From an uncultured Roseivirgaceae bacterium (GTDB taxonomy: Bacteria > Bacteroidota > Bacteroidia > Cytophagales > Cyclobacteriaceae), in the NCBI GenBank assembly GCA_964395765.1, contig CAYNCU010000001.1, positions 1-63,664 on the forward strand: 63,664 nt of DNA, given 5' to 3'. The translations under genes and the position numbers were made by a program. Below the pieces are notes generated by a model. That model made no database searches. It saw only the letters and a list, made by a program, of their open reading frames with translations, and was not told the origin of the DNA. How positions within the stretch are numbered: the first letter of the stretch is position 1; every line of letters starts with the position of its first letter. Below are positions 37,319-44,836 of this stretch, piece by piece.

Positions 37319-38200
37319 ATGGAAACCAGAGATGAAATTATAAAACTTAATGTCGCGCGACTGAAGTCGATAAAAAATCTCGACGAATATAAAGAAGCGC
37401 ATGACGATATCATTGACCTCGCCGAGAGGTATTTTCACTCCATCGAAGATGGATTAAATGCATGCTTAGACGACAAAAATCCTATGTCTCCCGAAAAGAA
37501 AGCAGCCGAGGCTGCCAAGTTTAATGACGGTGACTACATAGCTCCCCCTGAAATCGGGAAAGAGATGGCCCGAATTGACAGTCTCCCGGGGGTTGAAGAA
37601 TATTCAGCTTCGCTGAATGATGAAATGATAAAACGGCTCGGACCCATCATGGAAGAAATTCAAAAAAAGCTGGGCCTGGTGATGGATTCCTTATTGGATA
37701 CCATGGTGGAACCCGTAAAAGAAGTCATGGACGACATGGGCAAAGCCATGAGCGACGTCGGGGAATCTTTCATGCCTCAAATGGAGGAAGAGGAATTTGA
37801 AAGTGCTTATGAACCGAATAATCCGGATACGCCGGCCATGTTATATGAACTGTATTTTTCAAAGACACTGGAAGACCTTAAAAAAAACAAAGATAGCCTT
37901 ATAACGACCTTGCAAAACGAGTTGGAGTATGATATCGGGTTTTTAGAAACACTTAATCGTCTTGATCTCGAACTTTATATGGAAGACGATTGGGAAAGAG
38001 TTGCGAAAATTAAAAACAAGTGGTGGCGGTATGAAGGTGAGTTGAATAAGGAATTTGTCAGGTTAAGCTCCCTTCCCAATGCTTTTAAACCTGCCTACCT
38101 GATTAAAAAGGAAATAACAGACAAGATAAATTCAAAGTTTCCGACCATGAATATGTACATGCGTAATGTAAAGAAAAAACCAAAAGCGGAGAAGAGCTAA
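37319..38200 (+). CDS. Hypothetical acidic, helix-rich protein with a basic tail
   Basis: 293 aa, rich in Glu/Asp, with no family recognised. ATG is preceded by GGAGG (37307-37311) at 7-nt spacing. A terminator lies at 38309-38335. Confidence 0.55.
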   Translation: METRDEIIKLNVARLKSIKNLDEYKEAHDDIIDLAERYFHSIEDGLNACLDDKNPMSPEKKAAEAAKFNDGDYIAPPEIGKEMARIDSLPGVEEYSASLNDEMIKRLGPIMEEIQKKLGLVMDSLLDTMVEPVKEVMDDMGKAMSDVGESFMPQMEEEEFESAYEPNNPDTPAMLYELYFSKTLEDLKKNKDSLITTLQNELEYDIGFLETLNRLDLELYMEDDWERVAKIKNKWWRYEGELNKEFVRLSSLPNAFKPAYLIKKEITDKINSKFPTMNMYMRNVKKKPKAEKS

Positions 38201-38308
38201 GGGGCTAAATGAAATTATTTTCATTTTTTAAAAAGTCAGACTTTAACCGAAGAACGCAGAAAATGCAAAGACTTCGCTGAGGGAATTCTTCTGGAAGCAT
38301 CTGCATCT

Positions 38309-38335
38309 GGTCGTAGTGTTTCGCTACGACCTTTT
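38309..38335 (+). terminator. Rho-independent terminator
   Basis: GGTCGTAG-tgtttcg-CTACGACC (perfect 8-bp stem) followed by TTTT. Lies between convergent genes. Confidence 0.7.
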
Positions 38336-38355
38336 AATTCAATATTTATAATCCG

Positions 38356-38970
38356 CTATCCGCCGCTAACCAATTTATCTTTTTGCGAATTATATTCTTC
38401 CGGCGTTAATAGTTCGGAATCCAGAAGCGATTTTAATTCAGCGATCCGGCCGGGAATGTCCTTACTGTAATCGTAACGCTCATTAAGGATCTTTTCTTTT
38501 AAGGATGAAAAGTCGTTTTTAGTAATGGCTTGCCGGTCGAGAAGGTCTTTCAACTTAGTCAGTTCATCGGCAGCATAATTTTTTTGTGAAGCATTAACAG
38601 GACTCTGAACGGTTTGATTTTGAAAGTCGACCGGTTGAAGCTCATAGCTGTGAACCGGGTTGTATTTCATAGTCCAAAGTAATGGTACTGTTATCAACAA
38701 GCCTCCGATCAATGCTCCTGCGTCGAGTTGCTCATCCCTGCTAAAGGAGGTAATATAAGGAGCGTAACCCTCTTTTTCGAGCCTGATCATGGTCATGCTT
38801 CCTACAATTTTAGTGTCGGTGTACTGGTATGGAGTTTTGCCCACCGGCTGGCTGTCAATATAAAGTTTCGCATCACTTGGCGTTGATTGTATCATGGTCG
38901 TGCTTGCACAGCTTGCCAATAGCATTGATATGGCAAGAAAAAATAAAGTGGTATTTAATGATTTTTTCAT
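38356..38970 (-). CDS. Lipoprotein with PEGA-like domain, one TM segment and two SHOCT-like C-terminal repeats
   Basis: 204 aa with lipobox LLASC and PEGA-like AKLYIDSQPVGKTPY. Two SHOCT-like repeats: LTKLKDLLDRQAITKNDFSSLKEKIL and IAELKSLLDSELLTPEEYNSQKDKLV. Confidence 0.6.
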   Translation of the reverse strand: MKKSLNTTLFFLAISMLLASCASTTMIQSTPSDAKLYIDSQPVGKTPYQYTDTKIVGSMTMIRLEKEGYAPYITSFSRDEQLDAGALIGGLLITVPLLWTMKYNPVHSYELQPVDFQNQTVQSPVNASQKNYAADELTKLKDLLDRQAITKNDFSSLKEKILNERYDYSKDIPGRIAELKSLLDSELLTPEEYNSQKDKLVSGG

Positions 38971-39574
38971 AGCGTTTCTGTATTCATTTTATATGCCGGG
39001 CAATAAAAAAATTCAAATCCTCGAAATACGCGGGATCCTGCCAGTCTATCGGAATTACTTATTCCGATTGGTAAAAAGTCAGTCACCCGAATATACTATT
39101 ATATTAAAACGTTCCCTGCCGATTCCGGGTTGCAGGGATTGAATGCTTTCGAATAATAATTAATGCCATTTCATGCAATATTAAGAATATTGTAATTCGG
39201 TATAAGTCCCGCAGACCGAACAGGATCTTGACACATTTTTTCGAATTCATTTTAATTTCAAATTAATATCGCAACCTATTGATAATCAAATTAATAATAA
39301 CTTTAAAAAATTGAGTGCAATCTCCGTATCAGCTTTTATTCAATCTTAAACCTAAATAACCTTGAAAAACCATTTATTTTAACCTTGGTGGCCACATTTT
39401 TTGCACTGCAGTACAGAAATTTTACGGCACAAAACGAACCCGGCATTTACAGGATTATAATGAGTGTAGTTTAAAGTATATTCCATTACCCGGTTATCCG
39501 ATAATTTGATCGTCAAATTTACTGAAATAAATTTTTCCTATCCCTGATAATATTTCCCGGTTTTTGCTTTCCTT

Positions 39575-39740
39575 CCGTCCCCGCGCGAAGACTTGCTACG
39601 CCTGGTGTGACGTAACTATAGCGCAAGTGTTTGGTGTCGGTTGTGCGCGAGGTCACTTGTGCATGGAATTTGGAACGAGATTTCGTGGCACAAGTCCTGC
39701 ATGCCCGCAAAGCCTGCGCAAAGACTTGTGCCGGATACAG
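39575..39740. repeat. GC-rich structured element made of GCGC(G/A)A(A)G..ACTTG word repeats, immediately 3' of the gltP-like gene
   Basis: Perfect 10-bp inverted repeat GGCACAAGTC (39687-39696) / GACTTGTGCC (39723-39732). A competing partner, CACTTGTGC, lies at 39653-39661. Direct repeat CGCGAAGACTTGC (39584) / CGCAAAGACTTGT (39717). Confidence 0.6.
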
Positions 39741-39769
39741 TGATTTTTCAAATTAAATGTTGATTGGTT

Positions 39770-41068
39770 TTAAGGTGTTTCTATCCGCGATTTCCCATTC
39801 AACTGGCTGTCAACGACCGTGGATACGGTTGCGTCGCCGGTTACATTCACTACGGTCCGGCACATATCCAGTATCCTGTCAGGGGCAATGATCAGGGCGA
39901 GACCTGCCACCGGCAAGCCAACCGATTCCAGCACGATCACCAGCATTACCATTCCGGCTCCCGGTACGCCGGCCGCGCCGATGGAGGCAAGGGTTGCCGT
40001 GAGCACGATCATAATCTGGTTGCCCAGGGTGAGGTGGATGCCCATGGCTTCGGCGATGAACACCGCCGCTACGCTCTGATAGATGCAGGTGCCATCCATA
40101 TTGATGGTAGCGCCGAGCGGCAGGACGAAGCTGGCCACTTCTTCGGAGACGCCTACGTTTTTTTCCACGCATTCCATATTCACAGGGAGGGCTGCGGCGC
40201 TGCTGCTGGTGCTGAAGGCCAGGAGCTGGGCCTCGCGGATGCCATTCAGGAATTTTTTAAAACTTCTTTTCGCCACGAATTTTATCAATGAAAAATAGAC
40301 TGTGAAAATATGGATGGCCAACGCCGCGACCACGGTAAGGCCGTAGACGAGCAATGCCGAAAGGATTTCAAAGGCTTTGCCCGGGTTATCACCGGCGATT
40401 TCCACGATCAGGGAGGCAATGAGGGCAAAAACGCCGAAGGGCGCCAGCAACATGATAAAGTGAATGATCTTGAGCACTACCTCGTTCACCCCGTCGAAAA
40501 AAGCGAGCACGGGTTTACTTTTATTATCCGGTACCTGCAGAAGAGCAATACCAAAAATGATGGCGAAGAATACCACCTGCAGCATATTGGCATTGTCGTT
40601 GGTGGCATTGAAGAAATTTTCCGGGACGATCTTCACCAGCGGATCGAGGGGGCCCTGTTCCTGTATCTTTTTTGCTTCGCCTGAGGTTACATTTGCCTGG
40701 CCTGAATATAATTCAAGTATTTCCTGTCGTGTTCCGGGAGTAATGATCTTTCCCGGGTCGACGAGGTTGACCGTCAGCAAACCGATGGTAGTTGCGATCA
40801 GCGTAGTGACCAGGTAGAGGACGATCGTCCTTCCACCTATCCGCGAAAGTTTGGAAACGTCACCCAGGTTAGCGATGCCCGTGATCAGCGATGCCAGGAT
40901 GAGCGGCATGGCGATCATCTTCAGGGCATTCACGAAAATGGTACCCACCGGCTTGATGAATTTAATGGTGAATCCTGGGGGTATTTTCAGGAAGATGACG
41001 GCGAGGCCGAAGAGCAATCCTGCTGCCAGGCCGATGAGGATCCGGGTATGGAGCGGGATTTTTTTCAT
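39770..41068 (-). CDS. Dicarboxylate/amino acid:cation symporter (DAACS family, GltP-like)
   Basis: 432 aa with about 8 TM helices plus hairpins and family motifs ([22 protein letters not shown]). Confidence 0.85.
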   Translation of the reverse strand: MKKIPLHTRILIGLAAGLLFGLAVIFLKIPPGFTIKFIKPVGTIFVNALKMIAMPLILASLITGIANLGDVSKLSRIGGRTIVLYLVTTLIATTIGLLTVNLVDPGKIITPGTRQEILELYSGQANVTSGEAKKIQEQGPLDPLVKIVPENFFNATNDNANMLQVVFFAIIFGIALLQVPDNKSKPVLAFFDGVNEVVLKIIHFIMLLAPFGVFALIASLIVEIAGDNPGKAFEILSALLVYGLTVVAALAIHIFTVYFSLIKFVAKRSFKKFLNGIREAQLLAFSTSSSAAALPVNMECVEKNVGVSEEVASFVLPLGATINMDGTCIYQSVAAVFIAEAMGIHLTLGNQIMIVLTATLASIGAAGVPGAGMVMLVIVLESVGLPVAGLALIIAPDRILDMCRTVVNVTGDATVSTVVDSQLNGKSRIETP

Positions 41069-42144
41069 CCAAGCCGCGAGGTTTTACCGATCAGGATAAA
41101 ATCCACGATCACCAAAGCCGCCATAGCCTCTACGATCGGCACGGCCCTCGGTACCACACACGGATCGTGACGGCCCTTGCCTTCCACAATGGTTTGTTCT
41201 CCCCACTGATCGACGGAGTCCTGGTCTTTCATGATGGTGGCCACGGGCTTGAAGGCCACATTGAAGTAGATATCCTGCCCGTTGGAGATGCCTCCCTGGA
41301 TACCGCCGGAAAAATTGGTGCGTGTGATTACTTTGTCATTTTTCTTATCGAAAATATCGTTATGCTGCGAACCATACATTTTTACGCCTTCGAAGCCACT
41401 GCCGTATTCAAAACCTTTGACCGCATTGATGCTGAGCATGGCATTTCCCAGCACGGAGTGAAGCTTATCGTACACCGGTTCTCCGAGTCCCGGCGGAACG
41501 CCCTTGATCACACCGGTGACGATGCCGCCGATGGTGTCGCGATTTTTCCTTGTCTCTTCGATCAATGCGATCATTTTCTCCGCCATTTCCTTATCGGGAC
41601 AGCGAACCATATTTTCCTCGGTCGAATCGAGATTAAGTGCAGTATAGGCTTTCTCCAGTTTCAGTGCACCCACCTGTGAAACATATGCCCTGATCCTGAT
41701 TCCCTGTTCCCTCAGGAAAATCTTGGCGATGGCCCCTGCCGCCACGCGTGTCGCCGTTTCCCTGGCCGAGCTCCTTCCTCCACCGCGGTAATCGCGGATG
41801 CCGTATTTTTCCTGGTAGGTATAGTCGGCATGAGAAGGTCTGAACTTTTCCGCGATATGGGAATAATCCTTGCTGCGCTGATCTTCATTCCGGATGAGCA
41901 GGGTAATAGGCATACCCGTGGAAGTTCCCTCGAATATACCGGACAGGATTTCCACGGTGTCGGACTCCTTTCGTTGCGTGGTGATCTTCGATTGTCCCGG
42001 TTTCCTGCGGTCCAGTTCCGACTGAATAAATTCCGTGTCGATCTTCAATCCTGCCGGGCAGCCGTCAATGACTACTCCGATGGCCGGGCCATGCGACTCG
42101 CCGAACGTAGTGATCCTGAAAATTTTTCCGAAGCTGTTTCCCAT
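41065..42144 (-). CDS. aroC: Chorismate synthase
   Basis: 359 aa with N-terminal [15 protein letters not shown], plus the [11 protein letters not shown] motif. Confidence 0.9.
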   Translation of the reverse strand: MGNSFGKIFRITTFGESHGPAIGVVIDGCPAGLKIDTEFIQSELDRRKPGQSKITTQRKESDTVEILSGIFEGTSTGMPITLLIRNEDQRSKDYSHIAEKFRPSHADYTYQEKYGIRDYRGGGRSSARETATRVAAGAIAKIFLREQGIRIRAYVSQVGALKLEKAYTALNLDSTEENMVRCPDKEMAEKMIALIEETRKNRDTIGGIVTGVIKGVPPGLGEPVYDKLHSVLGNAMLSINAVKGFEYGSGFEGVKMYGSQHNDIFDKKNDKVITRTNFSGGIQGGISNGQDIYFNVAFKPVATIMKDQDSVDQWGEQTIVEGKGRHDPCVVPRAVPIVEAMAALVIVDFILIGKTSRLG

Positions 42145-42153
42145 GCAGGCAAA

Positions 42154-43608
42154 TTATTTTTTAAAAATAACATAAATTGACATACCAAGCATGATCACAA
42201 TGAAAACGTTTGCGATATCGCGCAGCCATTGCTGACCGTTCAGGCCGGTAAGCTTATTGCTTTCTATTTCCACCTGGTCATAAAAAGTTCCCACGTCGTT
42301 CTCGCTGATCTTATCGTTCTTTTTGCTTTCGCCGGTCACTTTCACCGTTATGTTTGAACGCAGGGTATCATAGCGGTCCTTTGCAGTGTTGAAGTAGATC
42401 CAGTAAAAATATTTACCAAGATCAAAATTCCCGGGTTCATTGGGAATGATATAATATTCAAAGGTTTTAGTTCCGGTAACATGGTCGTTGGAGCGGTTAA
42501 TATTCTGTTTCATGTCCGGAGGATAGATCTGGAAGATGTCTCCCGATTTAGCAGGAGGTTCATCGATAGCGGCAATGTTGCCTTCCCCTTCGATCGTGAA
42601 ATCATAGTTGAAACTCTGTCCCGTTTTTACATTGTTGTCGACGATGTTTTCCCGTAGCCGGTAATTCCCTACAGCCACTGCATCACGGAGCGGAAAGGGA
42701 GGAAGTTGTTTCACAAGCACTTCCTTTGGCTTCGTATAAAATGTTTTGTAATCTTCAACGCGGTTATTGCCGAAGAAGCTCGGGTTCTTGGCCACCTTGA
42801 ATTTGATCATTTTGAAAGGTACCGAAGGAAAACGGATCGTGTCGGTGTTGAGGGGGAAATAAGTGGCTTCGTAGATCTTATACCGGGAATACATTTTCCC
42901 GTTGATCCTTACCTGTTCGGGTGTAATGTTTTCAATGTTAAAATTTTCTTCCCAGCAGTTTTGCGGCTTGATGACTTTCAGGATCTTATTGAGCTGGTTG
43001 GCAGGATCATAAAACTGCAACGGCGCCCGGTTGTCCTCGGAAATGTAAAAGGCAAGGATCGTCGTGAATCCCTGTCCGACGTATACCTGGTCTTTATCGG
43101 TGGTCAGGGCCAGGAAGGCGTCGGCTTTTACGTTGACATACTGCTGTGGCTGGTTCTGGTTGAAGAAGTCCTGGAAGGGATTGGAATTAAACGGGTTGTA
43201 CGCATTGTTTTGCTGCACGGCCTTGCCCACTTTGATCGTCGCCCCCGGCGAGTTGACAGTTTTACCGTTGATCTGCATTGTGAAGGCAGGCAGTTTAAAG
43301 GTCCCCTGAGCGTTGGCAATGTAGTTCTGCGTGATGCTCTGGCTGGTGCTCATCTTCCCGTTAATGATGTTGGTGGAGGAAGAGCTCGATGTCCCCCGTT
43401 TATAAAAGCCTTTGATTTCGGGGAAAGGCCCGTAATCCGACAGCCTTCCGTTCTCCACGGTTATGGTGATAGTGAAAGGTTCATTAATGCCGATCTCCGT
43501 TTCTCCCAGCTGGATAGTCGCCTGCTGCGCATGCGCTGTCAATGCGGTCAACAGGACCGGGATTAAAGAAATTATAATATTGCGATATTTAAAAGGCGTC
43601 CTTAACAT
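42154..43608 (-). CDS. BatD-like (oxygen tolerance) family protein
   Basis: 484 aa with signal peptide, an N-terminal beta-sandwich start (IQLGETEIGINEPFTITITVENG) and a single C-terminal TM anchor. Confidence 0.5.
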   Translation of the reverse strand: MLRTPFKYRNIIISLIPVLLTALTAHAQQATIQLGETEIGINEPFTITITVENGRLSDYGPFPEIKGFYKRGTSSSSSTNIINGKMSTSQSITQNYIANAQGTFKLPAFTMQINGKTVNSPGATIKVGKAVQQNNAYNPFNSNPFQDFFNQNQPQQYVNVKADAFLALTTDKDQVYVGQGFTTILAFYISEDNRAPLQFYDPANQLNKILKVIKPQNCWEENFNIENITPEQVRINGKMYSRYKIYEATYFPLNTDTIRFPSVPFKMIKFKVAKNPSFFGNNRVEDYKTFYTKPKEVLVKQLPPFPLRDAVAVGNYRLRENIVDNNVKTGQSFNYDFTIEGEGNIAAIDEPPAKSGDIFQIYPPDMKQNINRSNDHVTGTKTFEYYIIPNEPGNFDLGKYFYWIYFNTAKDRYDTLRSNITVKVTGESKKNDKISENDVGTFYDQVEIESNKLTGLNGQQWLRDIANVFIVIMLGMSIYVIFKK

Positions 43609-43742
43609 TGAGCATCACACTTTCACAAAAATAATTTATTCTTTCCGGAATATAATATTTTGAATTTTTAAGAGTTGAATTTCTATAAGGTTATTGGAAA
43701 CAGGGATGGAAAATTGTTGTTGAATTTCAAAACCCAATTGAC

Positions 43743-43934
43743 ATGCTGGAATATTTCAAAACCATACTACAGAAGGTAAGTTTCGATCCCTGGCTTTTTG
43801 AAAAAGAATTGAAAAAGGCCATTCTTACGCTGATACCACAGGAATTGAGGGAATTTAAGACGTGGTGTTATGAACGATTCGGAAATATATACGCCGGTAT
43901 ACTCAACAAACACCTCGCGAATGTGATGGCCTGA
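43743..43934 (+). CDS. Small hypothetical protein (63 aa)
   Basis: ORF with plausible helical composition and no overlap with other genes. No family recognised. Confidence 0.35.
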   Translation: MLEYFKTILQKVSFDPWLFEKELKKAILTLIPQELREFKTWCYERFGNIYAGILNKHLANVMA

Positions 43935-44008
43935 CCGGCGGATTTTATTGTTCTCTTCCTACCATGGAGATGAAAAACATTTCTGAAATTCTTAACAAAA
44001 TTTAACGG

Positions 44009-44046
44009 TTTTATAATACTCCGCCTTAAAAGGCGGGGCATATGGC
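44009..44046 (+). repeat. Solitary copy of the hairpin repeat found in the 16903-17243 array
   Basis: TTTTATAATACTCCGCCTTAAAAGGCGGGGCATATGG resembles the array unit TTTTTATACCCGGCTTGAAAGCCGGGGCATGATGG. The stem G-C pair is replaced by C-G. Confidence 0.65.
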
Positions 44047-44152
44047 GGCCGCTGACCGGGATGTCAAATTATATTTTTAAAATAGGCCGTGAACCTTTGG
44101 CTCTTGAGCAGATATAAATGGTCCGTGAGCCACAGACCATGGGAATAAATCC

Positions 44153-44833
44153 TCAATCAAAAACTTCTTTCAAAATTTTCAATGACTTGATTTTTTCGTC
44201 GATGCCCATGTTGCGGCAGATGAAATCGGCCAGCAGGTCGACGATCTCGCGGCGTTGGGAATGTGTGATCCCGATGACTGAACCGTAAGGATCGTTGATG
44301 AAGTGCCTCACCATAGTATGATCGAGATAGTGATACAGTAATGCATTGTCCGCCCCTTCAAACAGATTTTCGATCAGGGAAGGTTCCAGGCCGATATATT
44401 TCAGGTAGCGGAACAAAAACTGAATATGAAAATTGCGATAATTCTCCTTCAGCCGGTCATATTGCAAGATCGAATTAGAAATAAAATCAAATAAATTTTC
44501 CTGGGCGGATTCTTCCTTCAACGTTCTCGTCAGCACTTCAGATAGGAATATAGCCACCGTTGACTTACGAATGTTAAAAGGTATGTCGCTATATGGGTCC
44601 AGAATTCTAACTTCAGATACGCGGTTCAGGTTTCCCTTCTCGTTATGATAAGCCACCAGCTCGAGTTGGGTTAACGGCTGAAACAGGGCGATGTTATGTT
44701 TCGGCCTTGACGAACGCACACTATTGACAATATAACTCTGAAGTCCGAAAAGGTCCGTATACATCCTGGTGATCACCGAGCTTTCGGAATACCGGATATA
44801 ATTCAGGACAATGGCCTTGATTTTATGACGCAT
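44153..44833 (-). CDS. recO: DNA repair protein RecO
   Basis: 226 aa. N-terminal OB-fold region KIKAIVLNYIRYSESSVI is typical of Bacteroidota RecO. Confidence 0.8.
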   Translation of the reverse strand: MRHKIKAIVLNYIRYSESSVITRMYTDLFGLQSYIVNSVRSSRPKHNIALFQPLTQLELVAYHNEKGNLNRVSEVRILDPYSDIPFNIRKSTVAIFLSEVLTRTLKEESAQENLFDFISNSILQYDRLKENYRNFHIQFLFRYLKYIGLEPSLIENLFEGADNALLYHYLDHTMVRHFINDPYGSVIGITHSQRREIVDLLADFICRNMGIDEKIKSLKILKEVFD

Positions 44834-44836
44834 CGG

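Noticed and set aside
39519-39710. 63-aa minus-strand ORF in the GC-rich element (Arg/Thr/Ser/Cys-rich)
   Set aside because: The composition is driven by the GCGC/ACTTG word repeats, it has no start context, and the peptide is low-complexity. It is better treated as a non-coding element.
39764-40684. Several plus-strand ORFs (175, 86, 71, 124 aa) across the symporter gene
   Set aside because: They are antisense to a well-supported DAACS-family CDS in a locally GC-rich region. Their Gly/Arg/His-rich translations are typical of antisense frames.
39770-42144. Higher GC content of the symporter and aroC genes as a sign of horizontal transfer
   Set aside because: Both are conserved housekeeping-type genes with no flanking mobility genes or tRNA, and elevated GC is also seen in other conserved CDSs in the window, such as the LMF-like gene and purH. 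Composition alone is not evidence.
42706-43566. 286-aa plus-strand ORF
   Set aside because: It is antisense to the BatD-like CDS. The translation is Arg/Val/Gly-rich without motifs, so it is an open antisense frame only.
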